From NCBI RefSeq assembly GCF_055900595.2, contig NZ_CM148325.1: DNA of 64,000 bases. One strand, 5' to 3'. Position numbers and translations under genes: made by a program. The notes beneath the pieces were generated by a model. It was not told where the DNA came from. It saw nothing but the letters and a program-made list of their open reading frames with translations, and did no database searches. This document shows, in pieces, positions 26,515 through 39,127 of this stretch. Numbering within the stretch: position 1 is the first letter of the stretch; the number at the start of each line of letters is the position of its first letter.

Positions 26515-27687
26515 TTAGCCAGCGTTAGCTTTTACGATATCGTCGATCAGTTTATTGACAGGAGCCAGGCTTATTTCACGCGCGGTGCTCACCGCTACCG
26601 GCGTAGAACGTACTTTATTTGCCAGTACCTGACCGTCACGGTTAGTGGTATTGACGCTCACCAGCGTGGATAAACCGATACGCAGCGGGTATTGTTCCAG
26701 CTGTTTTTGGTCCAGTTCAATACGTACAGGCAGACGCTGAACAACTTTTATCCAGTTACCAGTGGCATTTTGCGCCGGAAGCAGCGAGAACGCGCTACCT
26801 GTCCCCATATCCAGACCAACCACTTTACCGGTGTATTTCACATCATCGCCGTAAATATCCGTGGTGATGGTGACCGGCTGACCGATGCGCATATTGGCAA
26901 TCTGCGTCTCTTTAAAGTTGGCATCCACCCACATATTGGTGGCTGGAACGACCGCCATCAGCGGCGTCGTTGGGCTAATTTGCGCCCCAGGCTGTACTGC
27001 TCGGCGGGAGACATAACCGGTCATCGGACTGACAATACGGGTACGCTCCAGCGCCAGCCAGGCGTTACGTACTTCGGTGGCAGCCTGTTGCACGGCAGGC
27101 TGATCTTCCAGTTTAGTCCCCAGAATCATCGCCTGATTGGCATTGTATTGTTGAATGGCGACATCCAGTTGCGCCTGGGCACTGGTCACCGCGTCGCGGG
27201 CGTGTTGCAGCTCTTCGCGACCAATCAGGTTGGCATTGCCCAGCGGCACACGGCGGTTGTAGTCGCTTTGTGCTTTCGCGAGGGCGATTTTTTGCACCTC
27301 AATATTCGCCTGCAACTGTTTGCTGTTAATCATCAGCTGGTGGGTTTGGCGCACGCTGGAAGCCAGTGCCGTTTTGGCTTTTTCAAACGCCTGGCGAGCA
27401 TCTGTCGGGTCGAGAGTGACCAGCACATCGCCTTCTTTTACAAAATCGGTGTTATCGGCCCAGACTTTCGTCACGCTGCCAGACACCTGAGACATAATTT
27501 GAATCTGATTCCCTGCCACGTATGCGTCATCGGTTTCTTCGAAATGACGCAGTACTAAAAACCAATAAATCCCTATCGCTACGGCAATAATTATAAAGAG
27601 CAAGGTGAGAAGCAGGAGCAGACGCTTACGTTTGCCGCTCTTCTTTACCGGTTGCTGCGGGGTTTGAGTCTCCGCATTTGCGCTCAT
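26515..27687 (-). CDS. emrA: Multidrug efflux membrane fusion protein EmrA
   Basis: Track ORF 394 aa; probable start MSANAETQTPQQ at 27687. Confidence 0.95.
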   Translation of the reverse strand: MSANAETQTPQQPVKKSGKRKRLLLLLTLLFIIIAVAIGIYWFLVLRHFEETDDAYVAGNQIQIMSQVSGSVTKVWADNTDFVKEGDVLVTLDPTDARQAFEKAKTALASSVRQTHQLMINSKQLQANIEVQKIALAKAQSDYNRRVPLGNANLIGREELQHARDAVTSAQAQLDVAIQQYNANQAMILGTKLEDQPAVQQAATEVRNAWLALERTRIVSPMTGYVSRRAVQPGAQISPTTPLMAVVPATNMWVDANFKETQIANMRIGQPVTITTDIYGDDVKYTGKVVGLDMGTGSAFSLLPAQNATGNWIKVVQRLPVRIELDQKQLEQYPLRIGLSTLVSVNTTNRDGQVLANKVRSTPVAVSTAREISLAPVNKLIDDIVKANAG

Positions 27688-27813
27688 ATTGTTCTCCACG
27701 ATCTTCTTAACTCATCGGCTGAGCCGACCTGCTTGCCAAAAAGGCCAGCATGTTGCGATGCTGGCCAGTCATTTTTTCTGTTATAAATCTGGATTTTTGA
27801 GCGAGATGACGCG

Positions 27814-28344
27814 TTAGCTCATCGCTTCGAGAACCACACCGTCTTGTTCCATCTGGTCGAGACGGGAGAGCAATTTGCGGGTGATTTGCTCGAGCTGATC
27901 TTTTTCTGTTGTGCTGAGCGCGGACCAGAGTTGATGCAGGCAATTATGCTGCGGTGGTAAAACTTCGCGCAAAAACTCGTGACCTTTTTCCGTTAATTGC
28001 AGATGCAGGCAGCGGCGATCGTTATCGCTTTCACGACGTTCGATCCAACCGCGTTTTTCCAGTTCATCGGCAATACGCGTCGCGTTGGTACGGGATGATC
28101 CAAGAGCACAACTCAATTCAGAAGGCTGAATACTGTGGTTTTCCTGAGACTCCAGCGTAATCAACGCCATAAACAACGTCTCGTTAATCCCCTGAGCCTT
28201 CAGCATTTTATTGCGGTTCTCCAGCAGCTTGCTTTGCATATGCATGCAAAGACGGGTCAGAAGGATCTCCTGATAAGGAAAATCTTCGTGGCGGCTGGCG
28301 CGAAATTTTAGCATTTGTTCAATGGGCGTAAACGAACTATCCAT
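27814..28344 (-). CDS. mprA: MarR-family repressor of emrAB (MprA/EmrR)
   Basis: 176 aa MarR wHTH; upstream of emrA. Confidence 0.94.
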
Positions 28345-28434
28345 TTGGGTATGACCTCATTAATTTCAGCCGATATAGTAACGACAGTGACAAATAAAGT
28401 AAATGTATTGTTTTAGAAAAATGATTCTTGTGGG

Positions 28435-28770
28435 TTATATAATCGCCATCACTTTCCAGGCGAGCCCATAGGCCAGCGCACTAAGCAGTGTTGGGATGAT
28501 AATGCTGCGTGTTTTATAGAAACTGGCACCCAGTACCGCGAAGCCGACCAGAGTGGGCACGAAACGGCGTGTATCGTGCATCACTTCTGGTGCGGTAGAG
28601 ACAACCAGCAGAGCGCATATCGAGGCGATGCCAATGGTGTCGAGCAAAATACCTACCGCGCCACGTTTGGTTGGGCGGGCATTACCCACACGCAGGCGCA
28701 GCGGCAAATAGCGGAAGCAATAATTCGCCGCGCCAACCAGTAACCCAAGCAGCAGAACCTCATAGCTCAT
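28435..28770 (-). CDS. ygaH: AzlD-like branched-chain amino acid (L-valine) exporter small subunit
   Basis: 111 aa membrane protein overlapping ygaZ stop. Confidence 0.85.
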   Translation of the reverse strand: MSYEVLLLGLLVGAANYCFRYLPLRLRVGNARPTKRGAVGILLDTIGIASICALLVVSTAPEVMHDTRRFVPTLVGFAVLGASFYKTRSIIIPTLLSALAYGLAWKVMAII

Positions 28771-29497
28771 CGGGCGCTCCTTGCCAGAATGCCTGGATTA
28801 ACGCAGTGAGGCAGCCACAGACAATGCCTGCCAGAATGGCGACGGGAATAGAAAATAGCGTTACGCCTGCAAGGGCACCAACTAACGCTGCGGTAACGCA
28901 AAGAGATTGTTTGCGCTGGAAAGATGCGAGCAGGAAACTCATAAAGAGTGCCGGAAGCATAAAACCTAATGCTGCTTCAACGGCGGGATATCCTTGCAGC
29001 AAGCCGCTGCCGGAGAATGCCCCTATTACCGTACCAAATACCCACGATGACCATGAACTGAAGGCAATGCCGATCATCCAGTTCTCGCTCCAGCGGCGAT
29101 TATTGCGTACCAGTTTTGCGGTTGCGGCGGCAAAAACCTCATCCGTCAGGCCAAACGCCCACAGGGCGGTTTTCGATTTTTGCAGACGCTGAATAATACG
29201 GCTACGCAGTGACGGGCCATACAAAACATGGCGAACATCCATTGCCATGACGGTCAGTGCAGCAACCCACAAACTACTCCCGGCTGCCAGCATCGCGGTA
29301 ATGACGAACTGGCTCGCGCCTGCATAAATGATGCAGGAGAAAAAAACGCTTTCGAGAGGAGAGAATCCCAGACGGGTCGCATTCAGACCGAACGCAAAGG
29401 CCACCGGAATATAACTAATAACAATCGGTAAACTGTCTTTGCATCCTTCCATGAAGGTCGCCGAACCAGGAGCAGGCTGTGGAGTAGGGCTTTCCAT
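28760..29497 (-). CDS. ygaZ: AzlC-like L-valine exporter large subunit
   Basis: 245 aa polytopic membrane protein. Confidence 0.85.
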   Translation of the reverse strand: MESPTPQPAPGSATFMEGCKDSLPIVISYIPVAFAFGLNATRLGFSPLESVFFSCIIYAGASQFVITAMLAAGSSLWVAALTVMAMDVRHVLYGPSLRSRIIQRLQKSKTALWAFGLTDEVFAAATAKLVRNNRRWSENWMIGIAFSSWSSWVFGTVIGAFSGSGLLQGYPAVEAALGFMLPALFMSFLLASFQRKQSLCVTAALVGALAGVTLFSIPVAILAGIVCGCLTALIQAFWQGAPDEL

Positions 29498-29620
29498 AGA
29501 GTGTACGCTTAACGATTGTTAATATTATAAATAGACTGAATGAATATCTTAACCTTATCAGACTGATGGGCTTCTTAACACCCTTATAAGTGTAAAGCCA
29601 CGAAAACGGTTGCTGATTGC

Positions 29621-30805
29621 TTAATTTGCGGCTTCCTGACGATGAAAACCTCGCCACCAGACCAGTAAGTTAACCAGGGCAATCGTCGCGCCAGCCAGAC
29701 AAACGCCAGACCAACCGCCATGTTGCCAGGCTGAGGCTGAAATTAGCGAACCGGCGGCACCGCCAATAAAGTAGCTGGTCATGTAACCTGCGGTCAGGCG
29801 ATTACGCGCATCAGGGTGTATTCGATAAATTACCGTCTGGTTAGTGATATGCACGCCCTGCACGGTGAGGTCCAGCACCAGGATGCCGATAATCAAGGCC
29901 AGTACGGAAGTGTGGCCAAACCAGATAGCAAGCCATGAAAGTAACAGCAGCAGCAGACCGAAAGTTGTGGTGTGGTGCGATTTGCCCTTATCGGCAAAAC
30001 CGCCCGCCGGACGAGCGCCCAACGCTCCGGCAGCTCCCGCGAGTCCAAACAGACCAATGACGCCATCGCTGTAGTTAAAAGGTGGAGCGGCGAGCAAAAA
30101 GGCCATTGAGGTCCAGAGAATGCTGAAGTTGGCAAAGGTCAGGCAGCCCAGCAACGCGCGGGTGCGCAGAATTTTATCGCTGATAAACATACTGAAAACG
30201 GAACCTAACAACTGTGGATAGTTGAGGTGGGTTTCTGATTTCATCTGCGGCAGGCCGCGCCATAACGCCAGCGCCATCAGTGCCATTAACACCGAGGCAA
30301 CCCAAAAGACGGTGCGCCAGCCGCCGAGGTTTGCCAGCAACCCGGCAACGGTTCGTGCCAGCAAGATCCCCAACAGCAGCCCGCTCATAATGGTGCCGAC
30401 CACTTTGCCGCGTTTGTCCGGTGAAGCCAGCGTCGCTGCCAGCGGAACCAGAATTTGTGCCACGACCGAGAATAAACCGGTTAATGCCGTACCGAGGATC
30501 ATCATCGCCAGCGACTGACTGCTGGCGGTAATCAACATACCGCCCGCTGCCAGTAAGGTCATCGAGACAATCAGGCGGCGGCGTTCAAACATATCACCGA
30601 GGGGAACAAGAAACAGCAGACCTGCGGCATAGCCCAACTGCGCGGCGGTAACAATAAAGCCCGCCGAACTGGCGGAAAGGGAAAAGTTACGCGCGATGGT
30701 GTCGAGTAATGGCTGGGCGTAATAGTTACTGGCTACCGCCAGACCGGTGGCGATAGACATCAGCACGATCAGTGCCGGGCTAAGCTCATGATTAGGTTTA
30801 GTCAT
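29621..30805 (-). CDS. ygaY: MFS transporter YgaY (intact here)
   Basis: 394 aa uninterrupted MFS ORF between ygaZ and proX. Confidence 0.8.
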   Translation of the reverse strand: MTKPNHELSPALIVLMSIATGLAVASNYYAQPLLDTIARNFSLSASSAGFIVTAAQLGYAAGLLFLVPLGDMFERRRLIVSMTLLAAGGMLITASSQSLAMMILGTALTGLFSVVAQILVPLAATLASPDKRGKVVGTIMSGLLLGILLARTVAGLLANLGGWRTVFWVASVLMALMALALWRGLPQMKSETHLNYPQLLGSVFSMFISDKILRTRALLGCLTFANFSILWTSMAFLLAAPPFNYSDGVIGLFGLAGAAGALGARPAGGFADKGKSHHTTTFGLLLLLLSWLAIWFGHTSVLALIIGILVLDLTVQGVHITNQTVIYRIHPDARNRLTAGYMTSYFIGGAAGSLISASAWQHGGWSGVCLAGATIALVNLLVWWRGFHRQEAAN

Positions 30806-30906
30806 TATTTTTGTTCATCAGGTGATGATTAAGCTGGAAATCAATAATAGCGGATGTTGATGAATATGGGATGAAAGATAGATTGTTGAAATGTGCGGTG
30901 TGGTTT

Positions 30907-30987
30907 GTAGGCATGATAAGACGCGGCCGCATCGCATCAGGCATTGTGTACAGAGCGGCGGATGAGGCAAAAGCGCCTTATCCGCCC
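30907..30987. repeat. REP palindromic elements
   Basis: gtaggcatgataagacgcggccgcatcgcatcaggc and gcgccttatccgcc motifs. Confidence 0.6.
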
Positions 30988-30996
30988 GAATAAAAA

Positions 30997-31989
30997 TTAC
31001 TTCTGCGCTGCCAGCGCCTCATTCACCCAGCCATCGAACTGCTGCTGGTGGGCTTTGATCCAGCCATCAACGTGTCCCTGAATATCGCCTTCTGAGGCTT
31101 TGCCGTCATGCATGATGGCGTTCTGGGCGTTAATGTCTGCCACCGGCAACTGCATAATGGCAAACAGTTTCGCTGCTGCCGGGTTTTTCTCGGCCCAGGC
31201 TTTGTTGGCAACGATATGCATGGTACTGACCGGGAAGCCGTAATTCGCGCCATTCGGCAGTTTGGTATCGGCATTTTTATCGCCCGGCAGTGCGGAGAAC
31301 GGCACCTGCAACCAGACCACATCTTTCCCCGGTTTCAGTTCGTTACTCACCCAGTACGGCGTCCAGGTGTAGTAAAACACCGGCTTACCCTCTTTGTAAC
31401 GACTGATGGTGTCAGCCATCATCGCTGCGTAGTTCCCCTGATTATGCGTCACGGTATTGGTCAGTCCATACGCGGCAAGCTGGTGGTTGATCGCACCTTC
31501 GCAGCCCCAGCCTGGGTTACAGCCGGTTAAATCCGCTTTACCGTCGCCGTTGGTATCGAACAGTTTGGCGATCTTCGGATCTTTAAGTTGCGCGATGTTG
31601 GTAATTTTATACTGGTCGGCGGTTTTCTTATCGATCAGGTAACCCTGTGCCGCGCCGTTAACAAATACTCCTTCACGATAAAATTTCTTATCGCCACCGG
31701 CAGCTTCGTACATGTTGTCATGCAGTGGCGTCCAGTTCACGGCGGTGAAGGTTGCATCGCCGGAAGCAAGCGAGGTGTAGCCAACGTTGTAATCCACTTC
31801 GCTGGGTTTATTGACGGTATAACCTAATTTCTCCAGCGCGCGGCTGACCAGCAGCGTCTGGAAAGTTTCTTCGGTGATGGTGCTCTGAACCGGATTAACA
31901 GTAATGCCTTTGCCCGGCAGGTCGGCAGCAAAAGTTTGTGTAGAGATAAGCGTGGCAAACGCTGTCGCAAAAAGTACGCTATGTCGCAT
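30997..31989 (-). CDS. proX: Glycine betaine/proline ABC transporter periplasmic binding protein
   Basis: Probable start [21 protein letters not shown] (signal peptide) at 31989. Confidence 0.94.
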   Translation of the reverse strand: MRHSVLFATAFATLISTQTFAADLPGKGITVNPVQSTITEETFQTLLVSRALEKLGYTVNKPSEVDYNVGYTSLASGDATFTAVNWTPLHDNMYEAAGGDKKFYREGVFVNGAAQGYLIDKKTADQYKITNIAQLKDPKIAKLFDTNGDGKADLTGCNPGWGCEGAINHQLAAYGLTNTVTHNQGNYAAMMADTISRYKEGKPVFYYTWTPYWVSNELKPGKDVVWLQVPFSALPGDKNADTKLPNGANYGFPVSTMHIVANKAWAEKNPAAAKLFAIMQLPVADINAQNAIMHDGKASEGDIQGHVDGWIKAHQQQFDGWVNEALAAQK

Positions 31990-32046
31990 TGTTATTCCTT
32001 TTTTTGGCAGGGTGATAATGCCCGGCGTCACCGGGCAAGTGCAGAG

Positions 32047-33111
32047 TTACTTAATGAATGGGCGGGTCAGCAGACCGACAGGGCCAGTGGTGTACCAGCG
32101 ACGGTTGCCGCGACTGCGTGAGTCGCGCCCAACGGCCTGCGTCAGGCGGTCGAGGATAATGGCGAGGATCACAATCCCGACGCCGCCAACGGTGGCAAGG
32201 CCCATATCCAGACGACCGATACCGCGAAGTACCATCTGACCCAGCCCACCGACGGCAATCATCGAGGCAATGACCACCATAGAAAGGGCCAGCATCAGCG
32301 TCTGGTTAACACCCGCCATAATGGTCGGCATCGCCAGCGGTAACTGAACTTTGAACAGCATCTGCCGCGGGCTGGCACCGAATGAGCGCGAGGCTTCAAT
32401 TAAATCCGCCGGAACCTGGTTAATACCAAGAATCGTCAGACGGATAATCGGCGGCAGAGCAAAGATTATAGTCACCACTACGCCCGGCACGTTGCCGATG
32501 CCAAACAGCATGACGATTGGCACCAGATAAACAAACGCTGGCGTGGTCTGCATGGCATCAAGCAGTGGACGAATAATTTTCGCCGCTCGCGGACTTCTCG
32601 CCAGCCAGATCCCCAATGGCAAACCGATGACGATACAGAACAGTAGGGCGGTTAACACCAGCGCCAGAGTGACCATTGCCTGCGACCATGCACCGATTGC
32701 GCCGATAGCAATCAGCGAAATCAGCGTCGCCACGCCCATTCCGATGCCGGAAATCTGCCAGGCGATGAGAGCGAAAACGATAATCGCCACCGGTGCGGGC
32801 ATACCCAGCAGCAATTGCTGGAAACCGTTAAGTATGTAATCGACCGGAACGCGCACGCCCTGGAAGACCGGACGGAAATGGGTAACGACCCAGTCGATCC
32901 CTTCAGTTACCCAACTGTCAAGCGGGATCAGCGTTTTATGGAACGGATCGAGAATATTAAAATGCTCGACGTTTGGTGCAGGCGTACTGGTCAGCCAGTC
33001 AGCGCCACCGCCGTCAGTCGGTGCAGTCGCCGGTGTACCCCAGGCGTCTGCAGATTGTGCAGCACTGTCCGCCGCTGGCGTGGTATCCCACGGATTATTT
33101 TGATCAGCCAT
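32047..33111 (-). CDS. proW: Glycine betaine/proline ABC transporter permease
   Basis: 354 aa permease. Confidence 0.94.
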   Translation of the reverse strand: MADQNNPWDTTPAADSAAQSADAWGTPATAPTDGGGADWLTSTPAPNVEHFNILDPFHKTLIPLDSWVTEGIDWVVTHFRPVFQGVRVPVDYILNGFQQLLLGMPAPVAIIVFALIAWQISGIGMGVATLISLIAIGAIGAWSQAMVTLALVLTALLFCIVIGLPLGIWLARSPRAAKIIRPLLDAMQTTPAFVYLVPIVMLFGIGNVPGVVVTIIFALPPIIRLTILGINQVPADLIEASRSFGASPRQMLFKVQLPLAMPTIMAGVNQTLMLALSMVVIASMIAVGGLGQMVLRGIGRLDMGLATVGGVGIVILAIILDRLTQAVGRDSRSRGNRRWYTTGPVGLLTRPFIK

Positions 33112-34306
33112 TATTTACCCCCTCACGATCTAAAGCGCGCAGCAGCATTCCTTTCGAAATGATGCCGACATACTGTTGGTCCTCGTCGACCACGGGCACC
33201 GCACAGGGCGCTTGTCCGACATGAGAGAGCAACTCGCTAAGAGGCGTTTGCGCATCGACTGCTAATGGCGCATCAATCAGCGCCGCATCAAGACCTTGCT
33301 GCTGCGTTAACGCGGTTTTAAGCGAATCGATAGACACTGCACCGACAAATCTATTACCGCGTTCGATAACGTAGCCATATTCGCGATCTTCATCCTGCAA
33401 TAATTTCAGTGCAGAACGCGGGCCGAAGCCGGGGGTTTTACGAATTAAGCCGTTCGGTGTACGACGGGCAATATCTTTTGCACTGAACACCTGGCTAATA
33501 TCGACGCCACGGAAGAAGGTTCGGACATAATCATTCGCCGGATTATTGAGAATTTCATCCGGTGTGCCAACCTGCACCACTTCACCATTTTGCATAATGG
33601 CAATTCGGTCGCCAATACGCATAGCTTCGTCGAGATCGTGAGAAATAAAGACAATGGTACGTTGATGTTTCGCCTGTAATTTTACCAGCTCATCCTGCAT
33701 CTCAGTGCGAATTAATGGATCAAGCGCCGAGAAGGCTTCGTCCATTAATAATATATCCGGATTAATTGCTAATGCGCGTGCTAATCCGACGCGTTGACGC
33801 ATCCCACCAGAGAGCTCGTCCGGGTAGCTATGGGCATAATTTTCCAGCCCGACCTGACGCAGTGCATCAAGGGCTTTTTCCCGGCGTTCTTCGGCATTAA
33901 TTCCGGCCAATTCCATACCGAATGCAGTATTGTCCAGCACGGTCATATGCGGCATTAAGGCAAAGGACTGGAAGACCATCGCAATCTTTTTTCTGCGCAC
34001 CTCACGGAGTTCGGCGTCGGATATTTTGGCAATATCCACACCATCAATCAGCACTTGCCCGCGGGTGGGTTCAATCAGGCGATTGAGAAGGCGTACCATT
34101 GTGGATTTACCCGAACCGGATAATCCCATGATGACAAATATCTCGCCTTCTTCAATGGCCAGACTGGCGTCTTTTACGCCAAGCGATAGCCCGGTTTTTT
34201 CCAGAATTTGTTCTTTTGAAAGTCCTTGTTCGATATATTTGAACGCTCGCTGAGGATGCTCGCCAAATATTTTATAGAGATTTTTAATTTCTAATTTAAT
34301 TGCCAT
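33104..34306 (-). CDS. proV: Glycine betaine/proline ABC transporter ATPase (with CBS domains)
   Basis: 400 aa, Walker [10 protein letters not shown]. Confidence 0.95.
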   Translation of the reverse strand: MAIKLEIKNLYKIFGEHPQRAFKYIEQGLSKEQILEKTGLSLGVKDASLAIEEGEIFVIMGLSGSGKSTMVRLLNRLIEPTRGQVLIDGVDIAKISDAELREVRRKKIAMVFQSFALMPHMTVLDNTAFGMELAGINAEERREKALDALRQVGLENYAHSYPDELSGGMRQRVGLARALAINPDILLMDEAFSALDPLIRTEMQDELVKLQAKHQRTIVFISHDLDEAMRIGDRIAIMQNGEVVQVGTPDEILNNPANDYVRTFFRGVDISQVFSAKDIARRTPNGLIRKTPGFGPRSALKLLQDEDREYGYVIERGNRFVGAVSIDSLKTALTQQQGLDAALIDAPLAVDAQTPLSELLSHVGQAPCAVPVVDEDQQYVGIISKGMLLRALDREGVNNG

Positions 34307-34661
34307 GCAATAGAAAGATTCCTGTTATTTGTTTATGTCGATACATTACCCAATGGAAATAGTCACTTTTTTCTACCCTAACATACTGAGAATCTGAGGC
34401 AACCCCTGATGGCAAATGTGGCATGAATATTGATGCGAGCAAATCGCCGGAATTTCCCATGATATAAGGGCTGAGAGCAAATCGAGAAAGTTGATATTTT
34501 TTTGTCATAGATAGCGAAAAAACGCCTGAATATTGTGGTTTCAGGCGAATAATGCAACAGAGTATCAGTGTAGATCACCACAAAATATTTGCGTGATAAA
34601 AAGCTATTTGGCAGGAATTATTTCCCTACTGTGGTTGGTGATATTTTTGAAAATAACACAC

Positions 34662-35630
<969 letters not shown>

Positions 35631-37775
35631 TTAAAGCGCGCAGGAGACGCAGCCTTCAATTTCAGTACCTTCCAGCGCCATCTGACGCAGGCGGATGTAG
35701 TAGAGCGTTTTGATACCTTTACGCCAGGCATAAATCTGCGCTTTGTTGATATCGCGAGTGGTGGCGGTATCAGGGAAAAACAGCGTCAGCGACAGTCCCT
35801 GATCGACATGGCGAGTCGCTTCGGCGTAGGTGTCGATGATCTTTTCTGCGCCGATTTCGTAAGCGTCCTGATACAGCGCCAGATTCTCGTTAGTCATAAA
35901 TGGGGCAGGGTAGTAAACGCGTCCTGTTTTGCCTTCTTTGCGTATCTCTACTTTCGCCACAATCGGATGAATACTCGACGTGGCATGGTTGATATAAGAG
36001 ATGGAGCCGGTTGGCGGCACTGCCTGGAGATTCTGGTTGTAAATGCCATAGCGCATCACGTCGTCGCGCAGTTGCGCCCACATTTCGCGGGTAGGTAACG
36101 TGATACTGCTACGAGCAAACAACTCGCCAACTTTCGCCGTTTTCGGTTGCCAGTTACCTTGCAGATATTGGCTAAAATATTCACCGCTGGCATAGCGTGA
36201 CTGTTTGAACCCGGCGAAGGTTTCACCGCGTTCGCGCGCCAGCAACATTGAGGTACGCAGCGCGTGCCAGGTGATGGTGTAGAAATAGAGATTGGTGAAA
36301 TCCAGTGCTTCCGGCGAACCATAGGCGATGCCTTCTCGCGCCAGGTAACCGTGTAAATTCATCTGCCCCAGCCCGATGGCGTGTGAGGCGGCATTTCCGG
36401 CTTCGATGGACGGCACGCTGCGAATATGACTCATATCTGACACCGCAGTTAAACCGCGTACGGCGATCTCTACCGTGCGGGCAAAGTCGGGGGAATCCAT
36501 GGTGTGGGCAATATTCAACGAACCTAAATTGCAGGAAATATCATGGCCTGTGCGGGCATAGTCGAGATTCTCGTCATACTCTGAGGCGCTGTTAACCTGC
36601 AAAATTTCTGAGCAGAGATTGCTCATATTTATACGCCCGGCAATAGGGTTAGCACGGTTAACCGTGTCTTCATACATGATGTAGGGATAGCCGGATTCAA
36701 ACTGGATCTCCGCCAGCCGCTGGAAGAAATCACGGGCGTTGATGTATTTTTTGCGGATGCGTTCATCGGCAACCAGTTCGTCATAGTGTTCGCTGATGGC
36801 GATATCGGCAAACGGCTTGCCATAAACTCGCTCAACGTCATAGGGCGAAAACAGCGCCATCTTCGCATTCTCTTTTGCCAGATGGAAGGTGATATCCGGG
36901 ATAACCACGCCCAGCGACAGTGTTTTAATGCGGATTTTCTCGTCGGCATTTTCCCGCTTTGTATCGAGAAAACGCAGAATATCGGGATGATGAGCATGTA
37001 AATAGACTGCGCCAGCACCCTGACGAGCGCCGAGCTGGTTGGCATAAGAAAATGCGTCCTCCAGCATTTTCATCACCGGAATCACGCCAGAGGATTGATT
37101 TTCAATACGTTTAATTGGTGCGCCCGCTTCCCGCAGATTCGACAGCAAAAATGCCACGCCGCCGCCGCGTTTCGACAGTTGTAGTGCGGAATTTACTGCC
37201 CGGCCAATCGACTCCATATTGTCTTCAATACGCAGCAAAAAACAGGAAACCAGTTCGCCACGCTGCTGTTTACCGCAGTTGAGGAATGTCGGTGTTGCAG
37301 GCTGAAAGCGTCCTGACAGCATCTCATCGGTCAGTTGCGTCGCCAGTGTTTCATCGCCTTGTGCCAGCGTCAGCGCCACCATCGTGACTCGATCGGCAAA
37401 ATCTTCCAGATAACGCTTACCGTCGAATGTCTTCAACGTATAGCTGGTGTAAAACTTCCATGCTCCGAGGAATGTCTGAAAACGAAAACCGCTGGCGTGT
37501 GCGTGGGCAAACAGTGTAATGACAAAATCGCGAGAGTAGCGGTTGAGGACGTTTTCATCATAGTAACCTTCGTTGACCAGCCAGTTCAGGCGCTGCTGCT
37601 GGCTACTGAAGGTCACACTGTTCGGGCGTACATGCGTCGCCATAAAGGCGTCAACGGCCTGGCGATCTTTATCGAACTGAATGCGACCTGCGCTATCGTA
37701 AAGGTTAAGCATCGCATTCAGAGCGTGGTAATCCATCGTTTCCTGCGTCAGGCGTTCTGCGGTTGTCGTTGCCAA
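35631..37775 (-). CDS. nrdE: Class Ib ribonucleotide reductase alpha subunit
   Basis: 714 aa. Confidence 0.95.
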
Positions 37776-38158
37776 AATTCGGTTACTCCTTTACGAACGT
37801 TTTCGATATCGCTTTGCGTACCCATGAGTTCAAAGCGGTACAGCCACGGCACGCCGCATTTCCGGGCTATCACATCTCCGGCGCGGCCATACGCCTCACC
37901 AAAGTTGCGATTACCCGAAGCAATAACGCCGCGAAGCAACGCCCGGTTGTGCTCGTCGTTTAAAAAGCGAATTACCTGTCGTGGCACCGCGCCAGCCGTA
38001 CCGCCGCCGCCGTAAGAGGGCACGATCAGGATGTAAGGCTCGTCTACCTGAATCCGTTCCCGCTCATTGAGCGGGATGCGCACCGCGGGCAGTCCTAAAC
38101 GTTCGATAAAACGCTGCGTATTTTCGGAGCTGCTGGAAAAGTAGACGAGTTGGCTCAT
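37748..38158 (-). CDS. nrdI: Flavodoxin-like NrdI
   Basis: 136 aa; overlaps nrdE start. Confidence 0.94.
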
Positions 38159-38400
38159 GCACTGGCCGCGTGTGGCGCTGGATGCAGACGATTGATCATG
38201 TCCGGGCGGAAACCAGACCAGCTAAGATCGCCTGCAATCACTACCGGCAACTGACGAAAGCCCTGAGCACGTAACGCTTCCGCCGCTTCAGGAACGCGAT
38301 CGACATTAATCATTTCAAAATCAAAGCCCCGGTTTTCCATCGCCCGTTTGGTGGCGTGGCACTGAACGCAATCGTTACGAGTGTAAATAGTAATGCGCAT
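38155..38400 (-). CDS. nrdH: Glutaredoxin-like NrdH
   Basis: 81 aa with CVQC redox motif. Confidence 0.94.
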
Positions 38401-38608
38401 GATTCGTATTTCCGTTTAAAATGAAGATACGGCGCGATGATACGCGTCGGGTTGTCTCTCTGTTGATACAGAGATACTAGATGTAGTTGAAAAAAGATTC
38501 AACCATACAAGATATGGGAATTTTAGATTGATTACACCACCGATGAATGGCTCAACGGGGTAGGGGATTTTGTGTTTTTTTGCCGGGTGATTGCCCGGCA
38601 TCAGGAAG

Positions 38609-39040
38609 TTACATCCGCATGGAAACGGCCAGGCGGTTAAAGCAATTCATCAGCCCGATGGCAAATGTTAAGTCGCTGATTTCTGCTGCGCTGAAATGCT
38701 CAAGCAAAGGCTGATAAACGTCGTCTTCCGCATGGGTTCGGGCAATATCGGTCACCGATTCCGCCCATGCCAGCGCCGCCCGCTCGCGATCGTCAAAATG
38801 ATGGCTTACGCGCCAGCCTGCCAGGGCATCCAGCTTATGCTGCGGCACACCGGATTTGCGTAATGCTTTGCTGTGCATCTCCAGACAAAATGCGCAACCA
38901 TTGATTTGCGAGACGCGCAAATAAACTAACTCCATCAGCGTAGTTTCCAGCGTGCTATTTTCCAGCGCCGTTTTGGCCTGCACCAGCGCGTTATATACCG
39001 TTGGGCTAAGTTCGTAGTAAGGCTGACGTAATGTAGTCAT
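38609..39040 (-). CDS. Carboxymuconolactone decarboxylase-family (AhpD-like) protein
   Basis: 143 aa with AhpD core motif CxxCxxxH (CAFCLEMH). Confidence 0.7.
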   Translation of the reverse strand: MTTLRQPYYELSPTVYNALVQAKTALENSTLETTLMELVYLRVSQINGCAFCLEMHSKALRKSGVPQHKLDALAGWRVSHHFDDRERAALAWAESVTDIARTHAEDDVYQPLLEHFSAAEISDLTFAIGLMNCFNRLAVSMRM

Positions 39041-39127
39041 ACAGTTTCTCCTCTTATTAACGCCCGCAATGTAGCACTATAATGGACTGCTAAAGAGAGC
39101 CATAAATTACCTAAAAAAGCAGACCAT

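Noticed and set aside
26692-27558. 288-aa plus-strand ORF
   Set aside because: Antisense inside emrA; Arg/His-rich low-complexity translation; spurious
38582-38599. GC hairpin gccgggtgattgcccggc near the AhpD-like gene stop, considered as a terminator
   Set aside because: The T-run precedes rather than follows the hairpin on the plus strand and an A-run follows on the minus strand, so it does not fit a rho-independent terminator in either orientation
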